Assembly: GCA_965112155.1 (NCBI GenBank)
Contig: OZ218098.1
DNA from: Podarcis liolepis
Lineage: Eukaryota
Strand: one strand, 5' to 3'
Length of the DNA stretch: 64,000 bases
The notes under the pieces are model-generated. The model was not told the DNA's origin. It did not search any database and worked only from the letters and a program-made list of their open reading frames with translations. The translations under genes were made by a program, and so were the position numbers. This document shows, one piece after another, positions 37,501 through 46,900 of this stretch. Position 1 is the stretch's first letter. The number at the start of each line of letters is the position of its first letter.

Positions 37501-40500
37501 TACACTTTTATTCTGCTTCAGATTAACCCTTTTGTCTGCCCTGGGTCTGTTGTAGCCCAATTTTTCTTCAGCATCTGTTGGTGCTAAAGGCACCAAACTG
37601 TATTTGTTTTCTTTCAAAATATGCATAAACACAGGGAGAATACCGGCATCTTAGAAGATGCTGGATGTCAAAATGCTGCTTAGATGTGTGCTAAAATATG
37701 GAGAAATGCATACAACCATGGTTGGCTTTGTCTTAATCTGTAGTTGCTTTGTAGCTTCACTCCAATTACTGTACTCTGTAGCTACAAAGACCCATCTCTA
37801 CATACTTTGCTGCAATACTAATTTTTCACCATTTCCTGATTCTTTGCTTAAGGGAAGGTGATGTTTAAATAAATTCTACAAACAGAGGTCAATAAAACAT
37901 TTCTCCCTTTCTTTGGAGCTATTCTCATTCTCTTGTGGGGAGGATTCAGGTCTAAATAAAAAGATTGTGTTACTTTTAAGCCTGCAGAAATTTTGCTTTT
38001 GTTAAGTTTTGAAAGCAAAATTATATAGAGAGAATCCTCTGCTGATACCTCTGAACTCATCAGTTATTATAGATTGGCCATTTCTGTTTTCTGGTTATTT
38101 TTTTAAAACTGTGATGATTGTGATGTGTGCACATGTCCACATGCAGTTATTTCTAATAACATTTATTTCTCTGTGAAACTGAATAACACGAAAAACCCCT
38201 CTTTATTCATTTTTCATAGTAGACTACAAAACACATAGAATATGATTGGGTCACATAGATATATGGTTTCCCTATCAGGATTACTTACACTGTATAAAGT
38301 TTACACTGTAAACATCTGAGCAACTACTGATTGCAGGGAAATTAAAGATGTGCCAGTACAGCCAATGCTGCATATATCTAATTTCCCTTTTCCTCAAAAT
38401 TCCTGTTTTCTGCCTGAGCGACCAGAACAGCCCCAATCCCCTGTGTTTTTTATTGAGAAAGTCTCACTGAGATCAATGGGACATACAATGCAATCCTTAC
38501 CCCCAGATACAGTAGTTAGGAAGTGATATATCTCCCCAAATTAAACCAATAGAAGCTATGTCAGTGTAAAAGACAAAAGAAGGGTTCTGTCAAGGGGGTG
38601 GTGAATGGGTATGTTGAAGGCATGGAGAGAGATAACATAATTGCACTGCATTCTAACACCGTCTAGCCATTGGTTCCACTCCCACCCACAGAACCTGACA
38701 TAATTTACACCACCCAACATGCAGGTATAATAACTAAATTCACCCCAGGAGACAATGGAAGGGCAGAAAATGCAGGTTTAGACTGCTACCCCTCCTTCTA
38801 CCAGAAGAAGTAAGAATACAGATGATCAGCTGACTAATTATTAGTAAGATTTGACCTCCTAATAGCATAAGAAATGATTTTATAAATATGATAAAATGAT
38901 ATGAGTGGCTGGGGAAACCCAGCCAGATGGGCGGGGTATAAATAATAAATAGTAATAAATTATTATGATGAGTCAACTAATAGGTCAGTAATCTACCCCT
39001 GTCACTTGGTATAGAAATATTACAATTAAAGATCTGAAAACTGGCTTGAGAACTGGCTCACAAAATTACTCTCAGCGATCAAAATCTTAAACAAATACAA
39101 ATGAAAATGTACTGTACAATGTAACATAAAAGTTAGGACATATCCCCTTTTCTCCCTGCCTTACACATGACTGAGCTTAAACAAATTGCATAGAAGGAGA
39201 AAGAAGAATCTGAGCATGCACCATTCTGAATTCCTGCTCCAACCTCACAGGATACTAGCATCAATGAAGTATACATTTTTCATTCTTTCCATCTTAGAAA
39301 TTTTCAACTGTTACATGAAGAAATTGCAGATCTGCTGTGCAAAACGCTTCAAAGAAAGGCACCCCTTTCTTTTCCACTTCTCATATACTCTCATGTATTT
39401 TTCACAGGAATTGTAAAATTAATGTTAGATCATCATGGGGTGGCAAGTCTGCCTGGTGTGCCTAAGTGCTAATTCCCTTTTGTACAGTTATAAACAAAGC
39501 ACCACAATAATTATTAATAGTAGCTATATATGCATGGAACAAGAATACCACAGAGTTCAGAGAATAGCAGAAAACACACAGGCAAATAGCACATGTGTTA
39601 TTTTCCCCTCCAGCATTCTCCCTTATAGTAAAGTATGGACTGCAATTGCATGGTATAACACTGACAGCAATCCTATGACTATTTATCAGGTTGAGTTACC
39701 TTTTCTGAAGGTTACTAAAAAGGAAAATAAAATCACTGCTGTTATTCCCTCATCAATTGTGAGCGACTGAAATGGACATGGGGCCCCAGGGAGTGAAATG
39801 CTTACATCACAATCCAAGGTAATTCCATACCACCTCCTTTCAAATGCCACGAAAATCATAGTTAGAAACAAATTATGGCTTGCTGTGAATGAGCAACATG
39901 TTTAAATCATACCTGCTCTGCTCCTAAAGGAGGAAATGAATCTTATTTCAAATCAAATCAAAAAGGAAAGGAACAACAGCACAAGCCTTCTCAGAAGTGC
40001 TCTCGTAGTCCCCAACACGTGGGACTGCTTGTGATTTTCAGAGTTGAAAAGCATTCTACTTAACTCTGAGGCACTCAGTTTCTTACAAATAAAAACAAAA
40101 AGCCAATGTTCTAGGCCTGATACTTCTTAGATTCTATTAACCCCCCCTCAATCCACTCCTGTTTTGAAACAAAAAAATAAAGGTGTGTTAAAGCCAATTT
40201 ATTTGTTACTGTTTTCTAAAATGAAAGCACTTACTTCAAAGAAAAGATATGAACTTATGCATGCTTGTCCAGGCAGACTTAGCGCCCACATGGCGCTAAC
40301 CTGTGAGTTTTCACATTCCCTACACAAAGAAGTCCTTTTTTTGTTTGGGAAAAGCATAATTTATCAAGCAGCCCCAATATGACAGTAGAAAAGAAATAAC
40401 TGAGCAAATAAATGAAAGTAGGAATGCCAGCAGCTCCTCCCCACTCATCAGAAGGCCATTCTGATAACTAGGGAAGAGAAAATTTGCATCATCGGGGCAT

Positions 40501-41769
40501 TGGATTGGGCAGTTTTAAATCCCTCCTCTTTTCATCCAGGATTGTGTGCACTTTTTACCACCATCAAAACTGATGAGGTCTCTCTCATGGGTCTAGTCAA
40601 GACTAGGCTCTGGGGTGGGAGGTCAGTTATCTTTGCTTTAGACCCTATGGCCTAGTTTTAACCAAGATGCCTCCCATCTTGTCAATTTTATCTTACTCCA
40701 ACTCCCACCTATGCACATCTCACCCCTGGGTCGTATCAAGCTATTCAAACCATGACGGACACATCATTCTTACCTGGGCGGTCATTGTGGAGGGGTCTGC
40801 GTGCAGGGTGGCTTGCTGTCGCTCACACCTAATATCTATGTCTGGACCACTGCCCTGTCTTAACTCCTGAGGTTCAAGAGCAGGCTGAGGAATCTGGGGT
40901 GGGGCGAAGCGTGAGTCGGATGGAGTAACGGGCTGGCCTGGTTGGCAAGCTGAGGTCTGGGGTGTGGGTTGGTAAGCCTGGGACTGGTAAGGCTGAGAAA
41001 CGGCTGGAGGAGGGTGTTCCGAAAAGGTGCGTGGAGCTGCCTTCGGCAACTTCGAATGGGGCTGGTAGGGTTGCGACGAGGAGTTCTGTGGCGGCAGAGA
41101 CTGAGACATGTAAGGGTCCGTCTCAAGGGAGGGTCCTGGGGGCATGTACGGCTGGGCAGGTGACTGTGGCGGAGAGGACAGGTCCATGTCCATATCCATG
41201 CGAGGGGTGGCTGCGGGGCCATGGGGCTTCCACTCATCCCGAGGCGGCTCCTTGACATCCTCTCCGAGAGGCAGAGGAGGCCTCTGGGCATTGTGGAGCA
41301 GCGCTTCCCGCGGGAGAGGCGGCGGCGAGGGCTCGCGGTGCTTGAACGGCTTCGGATAGCTGCGCGCCGAGGGCGGCCCTTGGGGCAGGGGCGGCTGCCA
41401 GGAAGCGGCGGGGGGAGCAGGAGCGGCGCTGGGCAGCGGCGGCGGCGGCAGGCTCGGGGGAGGCCCGCCGGGTGGCGGGGGAGGCCCGCCTAACAACACC
41501 GACTGCAGCTGCTTCTGGTGCATTTGCTGGAGCTGCTGCAGCTGGACCAGGTGCTGCTCCTGCAGGCTCAGGAAGCCGGACGGGCCGGCGGTGGCCGTCG
41601 CGGCGCCAGGAGCCGCCGACGAAGCCGCGTAGCTGCCCAGAGCCGGCGGCGGCATGGCGTTAGGCAGCACCGCCGGAGGAGGCCCGGCCATTGGCGGCGG
41701 AGGCATCATGGTGGGCGGGGGAGGGTAAGCCCCAGGGGCCGCCCCGTACAAACCCCACGCCGGGAACAT
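2417..41769 (-). CDS. YLPM1: YLP motif-containing protein 1 (ZAP3 / PP1-binding nuclear protein with P-loop domain), gene span, 3'-partial; 18 coding exons, 6616 nt, about 2205 codons
   Basis: Exons join in consistent phase with GT/AG sites. Recognisable peptides: MFPAWG.., EQQQFWYQQHLL, GGVMVLSQRQHEIILKAAQELKMLR, Walker A GLPGSGKT, GYIPKSKWEMDTSEAKL. Synteny with FCF1 and AREL1. Confidence 0.97.
3850..4525 (+). mobile_element. Old L2-like LINE 3' fragment
   Basis: Decayed coding remnants (GLP.K....LxxVQNxxAR; FKVxVLTFKAL) followed by an AT-rich AATAAA tail; boundaries approximate. Confidence 0.65.
5420..6265 (+). mobile_element. CR1 LINE 3' fragment (decayed ORF2)
   Basis: Peptides KWQMHFNVKKSKVIH, QCAAAVKKANSML, RPHLEYRVPFWLP.LKKDIVELEKVQERATKMIKGMEHL are typical CR1 RT C-terminus. 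Confidence 0.92.
7751..8036 (-). mobile_element. BovB (RTE) LINE 3' end
   Basis: ORF EISPECSLEGQIVKLRLQYFGHL...LMLGKMEG.RRR.RQ..RWLD...WRALVHGVTKSQTRL with (CAA)n tail; CATATA-repeat flanks. Confidence 0.92.
8037..8099. repeat. Compound microsatellite (TA)n(TG)n(CG)n(GA)n
   Basis: Directly visible. Confidence 0.9.
9052..9420 (+). mobile_element. RTE-clade LINE 3' end with terminal C2H2-like motif
   Basis: Translates to GGQQKRFKDSLKANLKKCGI...CPHCGRTCGSRIGLHSHL; ends in GAAGAAG. Confidence 0.8.
10664..10747 (-). CDS. YLPM1: YLPM1 exon 17 (VEMEDFDANIEDQKEENKKDAEEEESEL)
   Basis: gcttag| acceptor, CTG|GTAGGA donor; 84 nt. Confidence 0.93.
11513..11596 (-). CDS. YLPM1: YLPM1 exon 16 (MADHWETAPRHMIRLDIRSLLQDAAIEE)
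   Basis: ttccag| acceptor, GAG|GTGAGA donor; 84 nt. Confidence 0.94.
11804..11887 (-). CDS. YLPM1: YLPM1 exon 15 (VYLAEITADNQTCCKRNVHGRKLKEISK)
   Basis: ttctag| acceptor, AAG|GTAACT donor; 84 nt. Confidence 0.94.
12365..12510 (-). mobile_element. Old tRNA-derived SINE with CR1-like tail (related copies at about 22790-22915, 34635-34775, 44450-44640)
   Basis: Shared core 'gactggcagc(a/g)gctctccagg...ccagggactgaacc'; B-box GGTTCAGTCC on the minus strand. Confidence 0.65.
12682..12858 (-). CDS. YLPM1: YLPM1 exon 14 (ILEYEYEADMEE...FIILDAIND...KGFE)
   Basis: gagcag| acceptor, GAG|GTAAAC donor; 177 nt, phase 0-0. Confidence 0.94.
13437..13556 (-). CDS. YLPM1: YLPM1 exon 13 (DKEVECGGAAPRVLSLDDYF...)
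   Basis: tcccag| acceptor, AAG|GTACTC donor; 120 nt, phase 0-0. Confidence 0.94.
13696..13936 (+). mobile_element. Tc1/mariner-type MITE family A, copy 1
   Basis: TIRs CAGTGGTACCTC...GAGGTACTACTG, right flank TA; three copies in window. Confidence 0.9.
14070..14132 (-). CDS. YLPM1: YLPM1 exon 12, Walker A P-loop (IVIIMRGLPGSGKTHVAKLIR)
   Basis: ttttag| acceptor, AGG|GTGAGT donor; 63 nt; GxxxxGKT motif. Confidence 0.96.
14607..14761 (-). CDS. YLPM1: YLPM1 exon 11 (..KNVDDILKPPGRESRPER)
   Basis: gttaag| acceptor, AGG|GTGAGT donor; 155 nt, phase 1-0. Confidence 0.93.
15476..15701 (-). mobile_element. MITE family A, copy 2 (inverted relative to copy 1)
   Basis: Reverse complement of copy 1; TA target duplication on both sides. 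Confidence 0.9.
16257..16581 (+). mobile_element. Tc1/mariner-type MITE family B, copy 1
   Basis: TA|CAGTGGTGCCCCGCAAGACGAA...TTCGTCTTGCGAGGCACCACTG|TA; repeated internal TCGCAAGACG motifs. Confidence 0.9.
16874..17007 (-). CDS. YLPM1: YLPM1 exon 10 (NAGNAG acceptor; alternative start 17010)
   Basis: tttagcag| acceptor, GAG|GTATAA donor; 134 nt, phase 2-1. Confidence 0.88.
17483..17660 (-). CDS. YLPM1: YLPM1 exon 9 (R/D/E-rich)
   Basis: ttccag| acceptor, CAG|GTATGT donor; 178 nt, phase 1-2. Confidence 0.92.
18248..18340 (-). CDS. YLPM1: YLPM1 exon 8 (QIPYGERITLRP)
   Basis: gacag| acceptor, AAG|GTGGGT donor; 93 nt, phase 1-1. Confidence 0.92.
19009..19213. mobile_element. Penelope-like element fragment forming an ~80-bp-arm inverted repeat
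   Basis: Arms about 19046-19125 and 19131-19214 around loop TGTAT; 13-bp flanking duplication TATAAATTGCTTA at 18996-19008 and 19214-19226. Confidence 0.85.
19127..19164 (+). ncRNA. Minimal type I hammerhead ribozyme motif (Penelope-associated)
   Basis: GUAU-CUGAAGA-A-GUGUG-CAUG-CACAC-GAAA-GC-UC^-AUAC: core boxes, stem I (GUAU/AUAC), stem II, palindromic AGCU stem III. Confidence 0.7.
20216..20705 (-). CDS. YLPM1: YLPM1 exon 7 (...QERWDEDSFQGLWD...QTVDYGHGHG)
   Basis: tttag| acceptor, AAG|GTGAAT donor; 490 nt, phase 0-1. Confidence 0.92.
21816..21915 (-). CDS. YLPM1: YLPM1 exon 6 (EQKEHMKKM...)
   Basis: tgcag| acceptor, CAG|GTAAAT donor; 100 nt, phase 2-0. Confidence 0.9.
23588..25684 (-). 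CDS. YLPM1: YLPM1 exon 5 (RG-rich, R/D/E mixed-charge and PPLPPL regions)
   Basis: acacag| acceptor, CG|GTGAGT donor; 2097 nt, phase 2-2; within 724-aa ORF. Confidence 0.95.
27448..28724 (-). CDS. YLPM1: YLPM1 exon 4 (TMSVD...; contains 7 tandem peptide repeats)
   Basis: tggcag| acceptor, AAG|GTAGGT donor; 1277 nt, phase 0-2; within ORF 27444..28754. Confidence 0.92.
29255..29745. mobile_element. Degenerate hAT-like non-autonomous DNA transposon
   Basis: Start CAGAGTTGGGGAAC resembles hAT TIRs (CAGxGGTGGGGAAC); internal imperfect inverted segments; right end unclear. Confidence 0.4.
29849..30040 (-). CDS. YLPM1: YLPM1 exon 3 (LSIEPPEDPEESLRLQQ...)
   Basis: ctccag| acceptor, CCA|GTGAGT donor; 192 nt, phase 0-0. 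Confidence 0.92.
30420..30480. repeat. Perfect 24-bp inverted repeat with 13-nt spacer
   Basis: CAACTATCAGAATTTATTGCACTA-tcaagagatatgc-TAGTGCAATAAATTCTGATAGTTG. Confidence 0.97.
30872..30968 (-). mobile_element. CR1 3'-terminal fragment
   Basis: (CATAGAAT)n, the reverse of the (ATTCTATG)n CR1 tail, then agttggaagagacc..tccaacccc. Confidence 0.85.
31908..32262 (-). mobile_element. Sauria SINE
   Basis: Reverse-complement match to the copy at 53938-54273 (ggggttgcggcgctcatc, gggtcatgtggccagcatgact). Confidence 0.9.
34478..34633 (-). mobile_element. L2-like LINE 3' tail with (TAA)n microsatellite
   Basis: (TAA)n then tttatttatatcccgccc...ctcagggcggct; related tails at about 31120-31200, 38900-38965 and 63040-63115. 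Confidence 0.7.
34835..35215 (+). mobile_element. Highly decayed CR1 fragment
   Basis: gtgaagtctgtagatgacacc (decayed KFADDT motif) and similarity to 5420-6265. Confidence 0.65.
36095..36334 (-). CDS. YLPM1: YLPM1 exon 2 (EQQQFWYQQHLL...SVEPK)
   Basis: ttatag| acceptor, AAG|GTATGC donor; 240 nt, phase 0-0. Confidence 0.92.
40774..41769 (-). CDS. YLPM1: YLPM1 coding exon 1 (Pro/Gln-rich)
   Basis: ATG 41769 in a CpG island; donor CAG|GTAAGA; 996 nt, phase 0. Confidence 0.93.
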
Positions 41770-42020
41770 GGAGCCGGGAAGCGGTTCTCAGCAGGCGGCA
41801 GCGGCGGCGACGGCGCCTAAACACAGGCCGCGAAAGCGGCGGGTGGCGACGGGGGCGCGTGCGGTACACTGCGCCTGCGTGGATAGCCGGAGTCATAGAG
41901 AGCGACTTCCTCAAGCTAGAGTGTTTCCGGTCCGGCCCCAGGCAACTGACTCCACGGAGCAACAAACTGGGCGCTCCCCGCGAGAACGCCTTGTATGTAG
42001 CCTGTAGCCTTGTCGCAGAA
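41200..42020. promoter_or_regulatory. YLPM1: CpG island / promoter of YLPM1
   Basis: Very high GC and CpG density; NRF1-like TGCGCCTGCGT 41870-41880; ETS-like TTTCCGG near 41924-41930. Confidence 0.8.
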
Positions 42021-42159
42021 CTTCAGCTTTTATGCTAACGTCCATCAAATATGCCCCTCCCCTTCCATACCGGTTTTTTGTTGGTATGATTTTATTATTT
42101 GGAAGTGATGCCAACCTTTTGGAACTTGTTCAGCATTTTGTTCTGGAAGTGGGCAACTA

Positions 42160-42390
42160 CAGTGGTACCTCGGGTTACATACGCTTCAGGCTGCATACGC
42201 TTCAGGTTACAGACTCCGCTAACCCAGAAGTATTACCTCAGGTAAAGAACTTTGCTTCAGGATGAGAACAGAAATTGTGCTCCGGCGGCACAGCGGCAGC
42301 AGGAGGCCCCATTAGCTTCAGGTTGAGAACAGTTTCAGGTTAAGTACAGACCTCCGGAACGAATTAAGTACTTAACCCGAGGTACCACTG
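42160..42390 (+). mobile_element. MITE family A, copy 3 (just upstream of the YLPM1 promoter)
   Basis: TA|CAGTGGTACCTCGGG...CCCGAGGTACCACTG|TA. Confidence 0.9.
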
Positions 42391-42567
42391 TAGATGCTTC
42401 TGAGAAGCCCACAAGTAGGACCAGAGCAAGATGAATACTGCATTAGTTTGGCAACCGAAAAAAACAAAAACATTGCCATCCTTCCAAATCACTACATCGG
42501 GCCACCAACCTTTTGGGATTAGTGGGCACGTTTCAGATGCTGAGGGAGTGTTGAGGTTGGCATTTCC

Positions 42568-43565
42568 CTAGAATCATAGAATTGTAGAGTTGGAAGGGAC
42601 CCCCAAGGGTTTTCCTGTTGAACCCCCTGCAGTGCAGGAATCGCAGCTAAAGCATCCATGGCAGATGGCCATCCTACCTCTGCTTAAAAACCCCCAGGGA
42701 AGGAGAGCCCACAACCTCATGAGGGAGACCGTTCCACTGTCAAACAGCTCTCACTGTCAGAAAGTTCTTCCTGATGTTTAGTTGGAATTTCCTTTCTTGT
42801 AACTTGAAGCCATTGGTTCGAGTCCTACCCTCCAGACCAGGAGAAAACAAGCTTGTTCACTCTTCCATGTGACAACCCTTTAGATATTTGAAGATGGCTA
42901 TCATAGCTCCCTCTCAGTCTCTTCTTTTCAGGGCTAAACATACCCATCTCCTTTCAACTGATCCTCATAAGGCTTGGTTTCCAGACCCTTGATCGTCTTG
43001 GTTGCCCTTTTTTCAACTACAATATCCTTTTTGAGGCGAGGTGACCAGACCTTTACACAATATTCCAAATGTGGTTACGCCAAAGATTTGTATAATGACA
43101 GTTTTATCTTCAATTCCTTTCCTAATGATCCCTAGAATGGAATTTACCTTTTTCACAGCCGCCACACACTAGGTCAACAACTTGATCAAGCTATCTGGTC
43201 TGTCACCTCCAGTTCAGACACCATGAGTGTATATGTGAAGTTAATACCCCCCCCATATGCATCACTTTACCCTTATTTACATTGAAAGGTGCTTGCCCTT
43301 TTAACGCCCATCGCTCAGTTTGGAGAGGTCATTTTGGAGCTCTTTTCAATCTCTTGTTTTAATGACCTTGAACAATCATCAGCAAATTTGGCCACCTCAC
43401 TGTTCAGTTCTAAACGAACAAGTTAAAAACACTGGTCCCAATACCAATCTCAGGGGAAATCCACTTTCTACCTCTCTCCATTCAGAGAACTGTCCATTTA
43501 TTCTGACTTTTTGCTTCCTGTGACTCTTATGACTGACTGCTAAACTTACTCAGGAGTGTTTGGCA
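42568..43565 (-). mobile_element. CR1 LINE fragment(s), 3' end at about 42570
   Basis: tagaatcatagaattgtagagttggaaggg tail; further along, reverse-complement similarity to the CR1 at 5420-5900. Confidence 0.85.
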
Positions 43566-43715
43566 AATTACCATATTTCTGCATAACCCCACCAAAAGTA
43601 ACCTTCCCAACTTTTTGCCATGAGAAACCCCAACTGTAACATTTGCAACTTGAGAAAGGACTCAGATAAAAAAAAAAGAAATTCTCAAAAGCCAATTTCT
43701 AAACAATAATGAATA

Positions 43716-43721
43716 TTTATT
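43716..43721 (-). terminator. FCF1: Probable FCF1 polyadenylation signal AATAAA
   Basis: About 185 nt after the stop codon, followed by a U-rich downstream tract. Confidence 0.65.
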
Positions 43722-43905
43722 CTGGAACACAGAGCAGGGGTACAGTTCACATGATTTTTCTTGAAGAGACAAGTTTGAAGAAATCAGTTCAGCTTCAAAC
43801 ACTGCAGGAAATAAATTAGAAACAGGAACCTTGTAACAGGCCCAGTGTTGTAAAAATTGGCAGTTGGACCCAGCAGACATATCTTGGATGCTTTTCAACA
43901 GGTGG

Positions 43906-43954
43906 TTAAAATCGGGGGGCTCCATAGTCATCAGGCATCCGCTCAATGTTATAT
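43906..43954 (-). CDS. FCF1: FCF1 exon 8, last coding exon ([15 protein letters not shown])
   Basis: ttctag| acceptor; TAA 43906-43908. Confidence 0.95.
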
Positions 43955-46900
43955 CTAGAATGAATGAAGCATTTTGGTAAGTAGTCTATCATAAACCCAC
44001 CATGGAATGCAGTGAAAACACAATAAGGGTGCCACTGTATTTGCTGGCATTATTTGCTGGCATTATTTGATTATTATTTGATTAAGTGAGCTCGAATCCA
44101 TAAAACCCTTTGCTATAGTGATCTGAAGGCCCACAAGGCAACCACCTTTCTGAAGCCAAGCAGGCATGGGTCTGGTCACCACCTGGAAATCTCTTGTATG
44201 CCACCTTCTACTTTGATGGGAAGAGAGCAAACAAACAAGGACATGAGAACTGCTAGCTTTTGGAGCCAGGGACCAGTCTTCTTGTTTTTTATTAGTCTAT
44301 AATGAACTAGATAAATAACGATGTATTAACTTTTACTTGACAGTCCTTGTTATTACTTATATAGCATCACCAATGAGTAGTTCTTTAAAGACTAATAAAA
44401 AGCAAGAAGACAGGCTTTGTTTCAAGGAGCTTGCAAATCTTGATTTAACAGGAACATAGGAAGCTGTCTCAAACTAAATTAGACCATTGGGTCCATTTAG
44501 CTCGTTATCATCAATGATGACTGGCAGCAGCTCTCCAGAGTTTTGGACAAGAATTTTTCCTAGCCCTACATTATGACACCAGGAATTAAACACGGGACCC
44601 TTTGCATACAAAGTATGTGCTCTACCAATGAACTACAGTGGATAACAGTATTAGGGGCAGAAAGGAGAGGTAACATCAAACATTTATGGGTATAAATAAA
44701 TGCAGTTACATATACAGGCGACTCCCCACTTACACAGAGGTTACGTTCCAGCCCCATCGCACATAAGTGAAATGCACGCAAGTGGGGAGCACCCTGAAGT
44801 GTCCTTGTGGCTAGTGAGGAGACTCCAGAGCTTGAAGAGAACGTCCTGTTTGGGCTCTGGTAAGAGACTCCTTGTTGAGGCTGCTCAGCCTCCACGCAGA
44901 ACAGCTGATGTACAGGGTAGTGCAGCAGCAGCAGCAACTTTCCCGCAGGTCGGCTGTTAAGCGGGGGAGCCGAGCAGCCTCGACAAAGCCCCACTGCGCC
45001 TCTGGCTCATGAGAAGACCCTCCATGGACATCCTACTCAGGTTCTGGGAAGGGTCTTCTCAGGAGCCACGTACTTCCAGCCACTTCCGGGTTCCTGGCGC
45101 TGTGTCTGTGTGCAGTAGCATACGAAAGAGGAACTGCCTGTACTTAGGCTTTCTTTTAGTTTGAGCAGCAGGATATGAACACATTAGCATTCTCCCACTT
45201 GTGTTGTGGTTTTCTTATTACTATTAAGCCCTTCCTTTATATAGGTAGACTATCTCTAAAACGACAGGCAACATTTCAAAATACACTATAACAAAGTAAA
45301 CTGCAGAAACGTCAGAATATTACTCTCAAGTGGGAGCTCACCTACCTGTGGTTTGATATATACATTATTGGGACTCCTGGGATCTTCCGTATTCTCCGCT
45401 TGAGGTCTCTGTCTACAGTAGCCACTATGTAACACTTGTGCTGCAAGAAAAGAGCATAATCTCATAAATGAGAAATGAATCAAATGTTGTTTTCCTTTGG
45501 CCACGGAGTGCCAGAGGATACAAATTTCCAGAGGTAACAAGTTTTTAGACAACATCAGATCTCCCTCCCATAAAATACAGTATCTCCAAGGACATGTCCT
45601 GAAGAGCTGAGGAGACAGGATCTCCTCTGTTACTACCAATTGTTTGTAGCAGTGGCATCTCCTTCCAAAACAGGCAATATCAGCTACAAGACAGCTTCAG
45701 TTGAATGTCAGCTTCATTCAGGTCATTCATTTCAGCAAATTAAGCAGTGCTACATACATCTGCATGCCTACAGAACAGACATTTCTAGAGGTAGAGGTAC
45801 CTGAGTGACCCTCTGCACCAAACAGTCATCAGCATAGGTCCCTTTGTGAGTGCAGGGCAAGCGTTCAAATCGTGGGTCTTTTGCTATCCTGTAATATAAT
45901 CAAGCAGAGAATTAAGATAGCATTTGGCCCACTGACATAATTAGAAGAATTAAAAGATTCCTAGAAGAAAAACAATTTCTGTCTTTTCCTCACTAGGTAT
46001 ACCCCAAATCTGCAGGTTGCTATTCTCAGCTTAACGTTTATTTCTGCCTGTCATCCTGCCTGTCAGATGTATTGCCTGGGTATGCTAACTGCCTGGCCTC
46101 TAGCAAACTAAATAATAGGAAGCTTTAAACCCTTCTCCCAGGCATACACTTGGGGTTATATCCAGTGCTCATGCAACAAATTTCGTGCACACGACTGAAC
46201 CTCCTCTTCCCCTTCCCCCACTCACACCCTTAATATCAGAGTTTGGAGGATTGTAAGACCCCCTGAAGCAGATTTGGGGGCATGTGAGAGGCGGAGAGTA
46301 AACTGAAGTACAAGTCAAACTCCATTCAGTTCTCTGCCTGCTGATGGAACACAAAAACCTTCTTGAATTCTTTCTCAGTGTTCTTTGTGTAGCACAATAA
46401 ACTGCTTTCTTGAAACCTTGATCTAACTGGTGAATCTACAAGCCAATAAGTTATTCTATGAACTTGATAATCTACTCAAGCTACAAACTTAGGAGGAGGG
46501 CAGAATTGAATTCTGCCCAGAAGAGACTGGGAAGATCAACTGCCTTGCTTTCTTCAAAAGGTACATTCAGCCTGGTGAACAAAAGAAGTAATGCAGTGAC
46601 AAGCTGTCCAAGTTTAATGATTTGGGATCTAGCTCTTGTACCCCAAGGAAGAGTCCCTGTTCTCCATATTCATAAGTTAAACTAGATAAACTCAATAACA
46701 GAGTCCAGTTATAGGTCCCTACCTTAGGGCAACACGATACTTTTGCCCCAGTTTCTCAATTTCAGCCATGACACAATCTGTGATACATGGAATACCTACA
46801 GGAATACAGAAAATATTTAATATCACCAAACTGAATTGCAACAAACTCCTGCAGGTGCCTAAATCAGAAAATATCAGATTTCAAAACTATGAATATTCAT

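Noticed and set aside
40860-42040. Many overlapping ORFs around YLPM1 exon 1 (also around 49600-50600)
   Set aside because: Expected by-product of stop-poor GC-rich CpG islands.
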